A DNA stretch of 42,980 nt from Pseudomonadota bacterium (GTDB lineage: Bacteria; Desulfobacterota; Desulfobacteria; Desulfobacterales; RPRI01), in the NCBI GenBank assembly GCA_043825875.1, contig JBDRRF010000117.1:1-42980 (forward strand), in the 5' to 3' direction. The notes under the pieces are model-generated. The model searched no databases. It was not told the DNA's origin and saw only the letters and a list, made by a program, of their open reading frames with translations. Positions 34,933 through 42,980 of the stretch are shown here, piece by piece; position 1 is the first letter of the stretch, and each line of letters starts with the position of its first letter. The translations under genes were made by a program, and so were the position numbers.

Positions 34933-35173
34933 GAATAAAAAGAGCGTAGAGGCTGAATTTGAGGCCCTGGTGATTCGGTTCGGATGGTGGAACACCCTTA
35001 ACACGCTGGCCGGCATGGCGTATGCCGCATCGAGGTTTGAAATGCCAACATATAGCCAATCCTGGGGAAGGATGTGTCTGGATCTGGATGACCTCGCCCG
35101 CTATTACACAAAATATCTGGACAGGGAGAAAAAAAAGGATGCAAAACCGCCAATTCCGAGAAATATTATTTGA
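34916..35173 (+). CDS. Hypothetical protein (85 aa)
   Basis: Overlapping co-oriented ORF with AAAGG upstream. Confidence 0.6.
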   Translation: MKDTPKNKKSVEAEFEALVIRFGWWNTLNTLAGMAYAASRFEMPTYSQSWGRMCLDLDDLARYYTKYLDREKKKDAKPPIPRNII

Positions 35174-35256
35174 CGTTTTTGTTATAGCAGGTACAATATT
35201 ATTATTAATAGTACTTATGAAAGTATGAGTATACAAAAAAGAAAGGCACATGAACC

Positions 35257-35514
35257 ATGGCGCGAACAATACGACAAAAATACGAGGCAGCCGTAGCCCG
35301 TATTAACAAAATAGATGAGCGCGTGAACCAGCTTATGGCAAAAATGAAAGAAAAACGCGACGACGTGATGAGAAAGTTGATTGCAGCTCAAAACGATCTG
35401 AACGAAGAAATTTCACGCAAAAAGCAGGAACTAGAAGACATACAGAAAGTTACCATCGAAAAGACCACGCAATGCCTCGAACCCGCCTCACTCAACACGA
35501 CTCATGACGATTAG
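35257..35514 (+). CDS. Coiled-coil hypothetical protein (85 aa)
   Basis: Heptad-like, charged sequence; followed by a terminator. Confidence 0.7.
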   Translation: MARTIRQKYEAAVARINKIDERVNQLMAKMKEKRDDVMRKLIAAQNDLNEEISRKKQELEDIQKVTIEKTTQCLEPASLNTTHDD

Positions 35515-35548
35515 CGGAACCACGCCTTTCCTTTTCCTCTCACCGCTT

Positions 35549-35578
35549 AGGGCCCTGGTTAAAATCAGGGCCCTTTTT
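35549..35578 (+). terminator. Rho-independent terminator
   Basis: AGGGCCCTG/CAGGGCCCT hairpin followed by a T-run. Confidence 0.85.
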
Positions 35579-35582
35579 ATTC

Positions 35583-36329
35583 TTGGAGGTTGACATTTTA
35601 ATCTATACGGCTCTTTTTGGCAATATCGATAAGCGTCTCCGGAATCCAATCCACCATAACATAAAAGAAAATGAATGTTTATGCTTCACGGATCGGCAGG
35701 ATCTTAAATCTGATGTTTGGGAAATTATCTACCTTCCTCCGGATATTTTCTTTCCGTCATGGGAACCCAGGATGAAAGCCAGGTTTATGAAAATCATGCT
35801 GCCCGACATGTTGTCGGTTTTTTATGCTTTGGGTTTGGCGAAAAGATTTCCCCAGGACGGAGACGTATTTTTATGGGCTGATTCTTCCATATTGATCCTT
35901 TGCGACCCTCGCCAAGTTGTAATGGAGTATTGGAATTGCACAATTGAATCACCTGATATTTTAGCGTTTCTCCATCCGGATCGTGTAGACCTAGAGAAGG
36001 AAGCTATGGCGGCTCACGAGCTCCGAGGCACAAATATAGATAAAGCGCAAGAACAAGTGGCATATTATCGATCGAAAGGATTCACAAAGAATATCCAAAA
36101 GTCCATCACTGTTACTAATTTTTTATTCAGGATGCAATCTCCTCGATTAAAACAATTAGCCAAAGAATGGTGGAGCCAGATCGTTTGCTTTACGGAACGC
36201 GATCAGTTATCTATAGACTTTTGTATATGGAAACACAATCTTATAGTCAAATATCTGCCGGGAAGTCATAAAAATAGTCCGCTAATGCGCTTTTACCCTC
36301 ATTCCAGAGAAATATCCAAAAAACAATGA
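35583..36329 (+). CDS. DUF616/TOD1-MUCI70-like glycosyltransferase
   Basis: IYTALFGNID, CFTD, AR..K..P, LWAD, HPDR....E, WW and RDQLS motifs; start codon uncertain. Confidence 0.85.
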   Translation: MEVDILIYTALFGNIDKRLRNPIHHNIKENECLCFTDRQDLKSDVWEIIYLPPDIFFPSWEPRMKARFMKIMLPDMLSVFYALGLAKRFPQDGDVFLWADSSILILCDPRQVVMEYWNCTIESPDILAFLHPDRVDLEKEAMAAHELRGTNIDKAQEQVAYYRSKGFTKNIQKSITVTNFLFRMQSPRLKQLAKEWWSQIVCFTERDQLSIDFCIWKHNLIVKYLPGSHKNSPLMRFYPHSREISKKQ

Positions 36330-37099
36330 AATACATAATCGCCTGCATTACAGAAAACTATTGGCAAAAATCTAGACAATGGTTAGACAGCGTTATTAAA
36401 TTCGCAAAACCACAGGGTTTTGAAATCATATGCTTCACGGTAGGTTTTGACGGTGGAAATCATTGCAGGAAAATCAATAGGGCAGATATCACAAACCACG
36501 AAAAACCGGGCTGGTGCAGAAATAGAAAAGATTATATTAGCCTGGAGGGCGGCGAATTCTTGAACCTGTTCGATTTCAAAGACGATGACCTTGTTATTAA
36601 CTCTGATGTTGATATGGTCATGATGAGACCCATGACCTCTAATGAACTATCTTGGCTAAATAGACTTGATAATCAAAGTATCGCCCTGGCTCTGGATGAA
36701 AATGCCAAAATAGATTTATACGATTCCCAATATATCAGCTCTCCTGAACTCAGGAAGGCTTTCCCTCCACAAAAAGAAGAAACATATTGGACCCATTATT
36801 GTGGGGTTATGGCCGGGTACGTCCCGGCATGGAAAAAACTACATGATAATTTTAAATTCTATTACAAAGAGATCCGCAATATTGTTCCGCATCACGCCAT
36901 CGGACAATGGACAATCAACTATGTTCTTCATACTTTTGGCGGCATAGAACAATTGCCGCGGGGGCTCCACGAAGCGCCTTGGTGGAACGGAAATAAAAGC
37001 TTAATGTTGGATAAAAAAGGGAAATGGTACTGGAAAAACGTGGAAGTCTGTTTTCTTCATCACAAGTTTCACAGGAGATTTGGTTACATTGAAAAGTAA
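36326..37099 (+). CDS. GT-A-like nucleotide-sugar transferase
   Basis: VINSDVD DxD motif, CGVMAG, QW.INY and FLHH; ATGA-coupled to the upstream gene. Confidence 0.7.
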   Translation: MKYIIACITENYWQKSRQWLDSVIKFAKPQGFEIICFTVGFDGGNHCRKINRADITNHEKPGWCRNRKDYISLEGGEFLNLFDFKDDDLVINSDVDMVMMRPMTSNELSWLNRLDNQSIALALDENAKIDLYDSQYISSPELRKAFPPQKEETYWTHYCGVMAGYVPAWKKLHDNFKFYYKEIRNIVPHHAIGQWTINYVLHTFGGIEQLPRGLHEAPWWNGNKSLMLDKKGKWYWKNVEVCFLHHKFHRRFGYIEK

Positions 37100-37712
37100 A
37101 TCCGACCTTATCAACTTTATTATTCAACAGCATGGCTTTAAATCTTATCTGGAAATTGGAGTCCTGAACGGGCATAATTTTAAACAGATTCAAGTGGAAC
37201 ATAAGGAAAGCATTGACCCTAATTCCAAATGGCCCGCCACCTACAAAATGACGTCGGAGCGTTTTTTCGATTCTTGCGTAGGTCAATATAAAAACAAAAC
37301 ATATGATGTTGTCTTCATAGATGGATCGCATCTATCGGAAGATGCCGGAAGTGATGCCTTAAATGCCCGTCGATACCTGAATCCTACCTATATAATCATG
37401 CACGATTGCAACCCCAAAAAATATGAACACCAAATACGGCAGAGGCCGCGTAACGGCAAAAGTTGGTATGGTGATGTATGGTTGGCATGGGTTGCTCTGC
37501 GCCAAACACTTCCATTCCTTCCCATGTTCGTTGTAGATACAGATTGCGGGTGCGGCATCATCTATAACAGGATTGAATCAAGATCCGCGTTCACTATAAC
37601 GGAAGATCTTACATGGGAATCACTTCAGGAGAACCGAAAGGAATGGCTCAATCTCCAAAATATTGAATACTTTAAGAAATTCGTAGAAGAAAGATCGAAT
37701 GGAATGTCTTAA
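37080..37712 (+). CDS. Class I SAM-dependent methyltransferase (Methyltransf_24-like)
   Basis: SYLEIGV, IDP, MTSERFF, DVVFIDGSH, IMHDCNP, WYGDVW and DTDCGCG motifs. Confidence 0.88.
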   Translation: MVTLKSKSDLINFIIQQHGFKSYLEIGVLNGHNFKQIQVEHKESIDPNSKWPATYKMTSERFFDSCVGQYKNKTYDVVFIDGSHLSEDAGSDALNARRYLNPTYIIMHDCNPKKYEHQIRQRPRNGKSWYGDVWLAWVALRQTLPFLPMFVVDTDCGCGIIYNRIESRSAFTITEDLTWESLQENRKEWLNLQNIEYFKKFVEERSNGMS

Positions 37713-37730
37713 AAAAGAAAGAAATGTCGC

Positions 37731-38516
37731 ATGATTACTTTCATTACCCCCACCGGAGACCGCCCTATAGCACTTAAACTTTGCGCCGAGTTTGTGACTT
37801 CTCAAATTACCGATGAAAAGATTCAATGGATCATTGCTGACGACTCCATAAAAAAAAACAGTGAATCTTACTCTCAACAATTAGATATCATTAAAACCTG
37901 CCAAGAAGGCAATGTGGATCTTTTGCACATAACCAGACAGCCTAAACCGGAAGAAATGAAACCGGGAAATGGCGCCATGAGTTTGGCGCAAAATCTCATA
38001 GAAGCGATACCTCATGTTGAGGGAGACAGAGTCTTAATTTTTGAAGATGATGATTGGTATAGCCCACATCGAACAGCTATCCATTTAAAATGGCTTGAAA
38101 CATGTGATATTGTTGGGCCTATATGGCAGCCGTATTATAACATAGAGCAAATGTCCGCGAAAGTATTTAAAAGCAGAGGTTCAAGCCTTTGCTCAACAAG
38201 TTTCAGACCGCATTTATTGCCTTTACTCAAGGACACTTGTGAATCATGCTATCGGCGCAACCTCAAAGGGATAGACGCCGGATTTTGGTCTCTTGCTCAA
38301 AGATCTGGAAAATACCGATCATTCATTTCAGAAAGTGACATTTATTATTGCGTTGGTATAAAGCGGCTTCCTGGTCGAACGGGTATAGGCGTTGGGCATA
38401 AAGGCCACAATTTTGAGCCTGATCTAAATGCTAAACGACTCCGCCAATGGGTAGGAGAAACTTGGGCTAATCGTTATTTAGAGATACGGAATGCCGTATT
38501 TGGAAATAAATCCTAA
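37731..38516 (+). CDS. GT2-like glycosyltransferase
   Basis: ITPTGDRP, WIIADD, FEDDDWY and GIKRLPGR.GIG.GH motifs. Confidence 0.85.
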   Translation: MITFITPTGDRPIALKLCAEFVTSQITDEKIQWIIADDSIKKNSESYSQQLDIIKTCQEGNVDLLHITRQPKPEEMKPGNGAMSLAQNLIEAIPHVEGDRVLIFEDDDWYSPHRTAIHLKWLETCDIVGPIWQPYYNIEQMSAKVFKSRGSSLCSTSFRPHLLPLLKDTCESCYRRNLKGIDAGFWSLAQRSGKYRSFISESDIYYCVGIKRLPGRTGIGVGHKGHNFEPDLNAKRLRQWVGETWANRYLEIRNAVFGNKS

Positions 38517-38539
38517 TTATACCGTGATTATGTCGTAGG

Positions 38540-41473
38540 TCATCTTTCGATCTGTGCCCTCAGCCATTGAATAAACTCCTCCTGCTTGACATAGTATTGA
38601 TACTTACGCTTTAGAGCATTTGCCCGTTTAAGGGCAGTTAAAAAATCGCTGGCATTTTGTTGATCTATAAATCCAGAACCAAATAACAATTTTATGTCTT
38701 TTTCTACTATCTGGTTATCTGTCATTATTTTTTCACATAAAACTTTCATGTTTATGCGCATCTGTTCAGCCGCCAAAATGAAAGCCATTTCCAATCTTTT
38801 AACATCAACCTTGGTCGAGCTTCGTTCAACATTTGAAAAATGGCTATAGCCCATCGTGGACGAATTATAGATTTCGCGCAAAAATTTGACCGCGGCCTGG
38901 GCGCATCGCTCATCTACCACCAATGTTTCATAATCATCTGGCGACGTACTCCATATCCTGCCTGCAATGGCGCAAGATATTTTAGCCAGCTTCATTCTGG
39001 CGTTTTCCGCAAGGATAAGCGGAACAGATGTGCTGTACTCTGAGCCCAATCTTTGGGCCATATTCAAAATATACCGAACGCAATCTTCAGTAAAACGGAT
39101 CTGAGAAGGTTTTCTGCTTTTGATCCAACAAATCAGACTGTTACATTGTTGACTAGTATGCTTACACAAAGCTTTTTCTAAATTAATATACGCATTCACG
39201 TCTCGGGAGGGCACCTCTCCAATGGCCACAGCATGCGCATAATCAAACCGTGCGACATCTTCAGGCCGAGGTTGCAATGAATATAATGCCTCCAAGCCAT
39301 AGTTGTACGTGCGCAATAAACGGCCCTCTCGCGGATTGGTAAGCCACAAAAGACCGGCGTTGGCGTTGGCTGTTTGATGATGGCCAAACTTATCTATATT
39401 GGCAATACCTTCAGATCGGATCCTAGACAGCTTGCTTATGTCATCCTCATGGATACCCGACATTTCATCGATAACGATGGTATCTCTATGCCGCAAAACC
39501 ATGCGCCCCCATGCCACCCCGGAGAATTCGCTTTCCCTCTTAATGCCGCCCAATAAATTCATAATGCTGCATGATTCACCTGAAATGACTTCACCCACTT
39601 TATAATATCGCTGCAAAGATTCTGCTATATTGCTTTTGCCGCATCGAGTGTCGCCAAAAATAACAACGTCCAAACTCCCTTTTCTGATAAATTGGTTCTG
39701 GAAATAAAAAGATACCGGTGAGAAAAACACCAGATCAATGGCCATGTGAGTTATAGGACGCCCCCATATTTGAGTTATAGAACGTGCCACATGGTCATAA
39801 TACTGCATAAGCCCTTCCCAAAGATCTTCCTTGCCAATGATTTTGAAAGGCTTGAGAACTCCAACGACATCCTCGGTCACTTCGAACTGATCTAGTTCCG
39901 AACTCACCGGCAGAGCTTCATATAAAAGAGGGAATTGCGTGGCATTTTTGGGATTCGTGACAGTAAAACCCTTAAAACAATAAGTCATATTGGTATTAAC
40001 ATCAATAGTACATAACGCAACACCTTGATCAACATTGTTTTTAGATGATGTATCCGATTCATAGGTAAGAGGTTCCGACAAATAAAGCCAATGTGCCGCG
40101 TAAGACGTCAGCACATGAATAGAGATCGGACATCTAGGGGATAGCCCCATGCACACTTTTATCTCGGCAGTCATTCCGCCTCGCCCTTGCCCCACAAAAT
40201 TAGCAATGGACAAATGCCGCAAATCCAAATCCCAATCCAGAGTTTTATTATCTGTTTCCCATAGAACGCAACCTTCGCACTTCTTGGACCCTTTAGAACA
40301 TGTAACCCGGACCTTTTTTGGCAATGTTATCGGAATAACCTCTTTGCCAATTACCAAAGCGTTCACTTTGTATTCTTTGCCATAGCCTTCAGTTTTAGCT
40401 TGCTTAAGCGACAAAACCTCTACAGATTCCCCGTTAACCATCATCCCGTTTTTTACTACCGGGAGTTTTAAAACAGATATCTTAAACGGTTCTGTTTTCT
40501 TGACTATTTTTATTAGTTCCTCCGCGCTGCCGCCTCTGGTTAAAACCCAATCCGAGAAATCGAATTTGTCCGATAAATCACCAGACGGTAATTCTATTAT
40601 GCGCACATCTTTGCCAACTTTATTAATGTTCAGATGTTCCGCCAAGTGCTGGGCCCCCTGTTTGCCTGCCTTGTCATGATCAAAAACTATGTTAATATTG
40701 CATCGCGTCAAAAGAGGGAAATCCTCGCCCTTCATCCGCAACCCGGCACCGCCCATTGTCACCGCATTCAAACCCAACGACAGCGCCAGCATGCAATCAT
40801 AGTAACCTTCAAAAATAAATAGATCAGCATGAGGATTCGCCAAGACCTGGCCGCATGGCCACACTCTGCCAGTGTCAAAACGATGCTCTACACCATCTTT
40901 TTCAATTTTAAGATACCAACTCGGGAGCCCCACGCTTTGCGTTTTAAACACATTCAAATAAATCATATTGGCCCAAACGCCATATTGATTCTGGTATGGG
41001 ACGTTTAATATCTTGCCACTTTGATCTATGCCGCAACGAAAACGCTTTAAAACGTTATAATGTATACCGCGCCTATCATATATTTTACTTTGTATATCGG
41101 AGCTAGCGGCAAGATTTTCCTGCGCCTGGCGAATGCGTTCTTGGCTCACTATTGGCCCTATGTATCTTTCATACATCTCCATGAGTGCGTAATCGAACGA
41201 TTTATTGCCATGCCCCATGCAGTATTTTAGTTCATGGTATTTTACGACACCACCGCCCGAGACCTCGCACCCAAAGCATTTGAAGTTACCAGCTTCGTAT
41301 ATATGAAAACTAGGGGTTTTGTCATCATGGAAAGGACAAGGGATGTTCTTTCCGAAAGTAAATTCAGTTCCGAATTCTTTTGTATAATATTCTAAAGGAT
41401 TAATATGAGAGGTGACGTATGTTAATAATTCTGGTTTTTTGAGTAAAATATAGTCTATGTCGCTGTATCCCAT
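38540..41473 (-). CDS. Primase-helicase fusion: CHC2 Zn finger + TOPRIM + MCM-family AAA+ helicase (977 aa)
   Basis: CPFHDDKTPSF..FKCFGC; FEGYYD and FDHDKAG; GDTRCGKS, GRMVL...VIDEM, LLWLTNP and ARFD parallel MCM GDPGTGKS, GALVL...CIDEF, AANP and SRFD. Confidence 0.88.
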   Translation of the reverse strand: MGYSDIDYILLKKPELLTYVTSHINPLEYYTKEFGTEFTFGKNIPCPFHDDKTPSFHIYEAGNFKCFGCEVSGGGVVKYHELKYCMGHGNKSFDYALMEMYERYIGPIVSQERIRQAQENLAASSDIQSKIYDRRGIHYNVLKRFRCGIDQSGKILNVPYQNQYGVWANMIYLNVFKTQSVGLPSWYLKIEKDGVEHRFDTGRVWPCGQVLANPHADLFIFEGYYDCMLALSLGLNAVTMGGAGLRMKGEDFPLLTRCNINIVFDHDKAGKQGAQHLAEHLNINKVGKDVRIIELPSGDLSDKFDFSDWVLTRGGSAEELIKIVKKTEPFKISVLKLPVVKNGMMVNGESVEVLSLKQAKTEGYGKEYKVNALVIGKEVIPITLPKKVRVTCSKGSKKCEGCVLWETDNKTLDWDLDLRHLSIANFVGQGRGGMTAEIKVCMGLSPRCPISIHVLTSYAAHWLYLSEPLTYESDTSSKNNVDQGVALCTIDVNTNMTYCFKGFTVTNPKNATQFPLLYEALPVSSELDQFEVTEDVVGVLKPFKIIGKEDLWEGLMQYYDHVARSITQIWGRPITHMAIDLVFFSPVSFYFQNQFIRKGSLDVVIFGDTRCGKSNIAESLQRYYKVGEVISGESCSIMNLLGGIKRESEFSGVAWGRMVLRHRDTIVIDEMSGIHEDDISKLSRIRSEGIANIDKFGHHQTANANAGLLWLTNPREGRLLRTYNYGLEALYSLQPRPEDVARFDYAHAVAIGEVPSRDVNAYINLEKALCKHTSQQCNSLICWIKSRKPSQIRFTEDCVRYILNMAQRLGSEYSTSVPLILAENARMKLAKISCAIAGRIWSTSPDDYETLVVDERCAQAAVKFLREIYNSSTMGYSHFSNVERSSTKVDVKRLEMAFILAAEQMRINMKVLCEKIMTDNQIVEKDIKLLFGSGFIDQQNASDFLTALKRANALKRKYQYYVKQEEFIQWLRAQIER

Positions 41474-41527
41474 TCCTCGCCCCTGTAAATGATAAAACGC
41501 TATGGTCGTTTAATATGCCCGCCCTTC

Positions 41528-42034
41528 TTACCCATAAATCGTCAATTCCTCGCCGTGTTCTAATCTCCTTTTGCCCCAATGCGCAAGCGCCAAACCTTCC
41601 ACTTCGTCAAAGCTGGACCAATTGTGCCCGTTGTGCAGCTCATTTATTCTTGCCAAAATCATATCAGGTTTTATGCCTCTTTTCCATTCGTTCGCTGTAA
41701 TAAAAGCCCATCTGATTCCGCATGCTTCACAGGCGCATATACAAGCTATGGACGAACCAAAGAGTTTTAAGAGTCCACTGGTTTTATACTGAATTTTTGC
41801 ACATGCCGCGCCTCTATCACTCTGTTCATATACAGGCTTTTCTATAAAAGCAACCGCTTGTCCTTCGACGAAAGAACGAAATTCGTTCAAAAGCCCCCTG
41901 TATATTAAGGCATAACGTCCATCTCGCAAATCTGACTTGAAGCGAAAGGATCCAGATGAAAGTCGGTTGCCGTTGAAATCGATGATGCCCCAACCGGTAT
42001 GCTCGATGGAGGGGTCAATCCCTATATAGATCAT
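41528..42034 (-). CDS. RuvC-like Holliday junction resolvase
   Basis: IGIDPS...TGWG, FIEKP, EWK and DEVEGLALA motifs. Confidence 0.85.
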   Translation of the reverse strand: MIYIGIDPSIEHTGWGIIDFNGNRLSSGSFRFKSDLRDGRYALIYRGLLNEFRSFVEGQAVAFIEKPVYEQSDRGAACAKIQYKTSGLLKLFGSSIACICACEACGIRWAFITANEWKRGIKPDMILARINELHNGHNWSSFDEVEGLALAHWGKRRLEHGEELTIYG

Positions 42035-42234
42035 GGTGTTTTGATTTCCTCTTTCAAGATCATGATAAGATCCTCTATCACCTTCACGAGGTTCGTGTAG
42101 ATCCAGTCATGCCGGTCATATTGCTGCGGCACGCTTTTCCCATGGATTGCGTCTCGGATGATTCCGCATGTTAACTCAGCCCTGCAAATCGCCCATTCCT
42201 TGTTGGTCTTGGGTTTTTTAGGTGGCGTCATCAT
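42031..42234 (-). CDS. Hypothetical protein (67 aa)
   Basis: ATGA-coupled to the resolvase gene. Confidence 0.65.
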   Translation of the reverse strand: MMTPPKKPKTNKEWAICRAELTCGIIRDAIHGKSVPQQYDRHDWIYTNLVKVIEDLIMILKEEIKTP

Positions 42235-42241
42235 GATTTAT

Positions 42242-42481
42242 TCATTCGGGTAAATACAGGATCATTCCGCAATCTGGATACATAACGTCTTCGGCCAAGA
42301 GTTCAATTGTCTTTAGTGACCTATCCGACCTGAAGCCGATGTCTTGCGCTCTAAGGCGCTGTTCAACCGCATTGTACGCGTCGTCAGGATTTTTAGCCAC
42401 AACATAGGATACACCATAAGCCGTATTTGTTACGGAAGTTGTCATTCCCCGCAACGTTACCCTGTATAATTTCATGTTCAT
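42242..42481 (-). CDS. Hypothetical phage protein (79 aa)
   Basis: MKLYRV...YVVA..P..AY...IELLAE pattern. Confidence 0.75.
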   Translation of the reverse strand: MNMKLYRVTLRGMTTSVTNTAYGVSYVVAKNPDDAYNAVEQRLRAQDIGFRSDRSLKTIELLAEDVMYPDCGMILYLPE

Positions 42482-42485
42482 TTAC

Positions 42486-42695
42486 TCATCTCCCGTGTTG
42501 CTTTGCTTTATTGGCGTAGTTAATAGCCACCTCGTCTATCATCCCGACAATACGAGTTGCAACCGCAAGGAATTCATCCATGTCATCGGCGACCTTTAAT
42601 CGAGTTTCCCCGAAGTGCAGAAAAATTCCTGTGGCGCAAACATCGCCATCCTCGTCGTAATCATTCACTGAAAACCTAATATCAATCAGTTTCAT
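42486..42695 (-). CDS. Hypothetical phage protein (MKLIDIRFSVNDYDEDGD...)
   Basis: GGAGGG RBS upstream of ATG 42695; overlaps the upstream stop. Confidence 0.7.
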   Translation of the reverse strand: MKLIDIRFSVNDYDEDGDVCATGIFLHFGETRLKVADDMDEFLAVATRIVGMIDEVAINYANKAKQHGR

Positions 42696-42980
42696 TTGAT
42701 CTATCACCCTCCAACGCATCCAGCGCAGCCTTTACAAGCCGCCTGTCGCCATGCAGAGAGCACATGAACCCGTAGTCCTCATCGCACCCGCATTCCAGGG
42801 AATCGAGAATTTCCTTGCAGCGGATCAGCGCCTCTTCGACAATTGCCAATCGCTTGCGATCCTGGATAATAGCAAATTCGATTGTAGCGATATAAGTTTC
42901 GTCGTGACCTATATCAGCGGCAACCCTTCGCACTTCGAAAGAATCTCGAAAGTATTCTTCCGCATCATACCGAAGATTGT
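42682..42980 (-). CDS. 3' part of the join-spanning hypothetical protein (start at 98)
   Basis: Open frame continues through the terminal repeat; CGC...C..H motif. Confidence 0.8.
   Translation of the reverse strand, partial: NLRYDAEEYFRDSFEVRRVAADIGHDETYIATIEFAIIQDRKRLAIVEEALIRCKEILDSLECGCDEDYGFMCSLHGDRRLVKAALDALEGDRSNETD
42899..42980. repeat. Terminal direct repeat / circular assembly overlap, right copy
   Basis: Identical to 1-82. Confidence 0.97.

Noticed and set aside
37080..37712. DNA methyltransferase
   Set aside because: It lacks DPPY/NPPY or PC motifs; its motifs and context fit a sugar or small-molecule methyltransferase

Overview
The window looks like a complete, circularly permuted dsDNA tailed-phage genome of about 42.9 kb. 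Bases 1-82 repeat exactly at 42899-42980, and an intact gene runs across that join. The gene set suggests a podovirus-like virion: terminase, P22/SU10-type portal, scaffold, SU10/DUF5309-like capsid, head-tail adaptor, lectin-bearing nozzle and three candidate ejection proteins, with no tail tube or tape measure recognised. There are three main transcription blocks. (1) A minus-strand morphogenesis block, 31189 to 6419. (2) A minus-strand replication/recombination operon that starts at a consensus sigma70 promoter (6391-6418) and wraps through the join to 38540; it encodes an RHH regulator, a PD-(D/E)XK nuclease, a Sak4-like ATPase, an SSB-like protein, many small ORFs, a RuvC-like resolvase and a DnaG-primase/MCM-helicase fusion. 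(3) A plus-strand block, 32671-38516, with motif-delimited small early genes and a glycosyltransferase/methyltransferase cassette. A repeat-rich noncoding region (31509-32670) is the likely packaging/origin region. The most unusual element is a cluster of five stem-closed noncoding RNA-like elements plus an aberrant tRNA-like element at 1982-3849, interleaved with three orphan proteins. I recognised no DNA polymerase, integrase or endolysin. All protein calls come from motif recognition by eye, not database searches, and the host is not determined.
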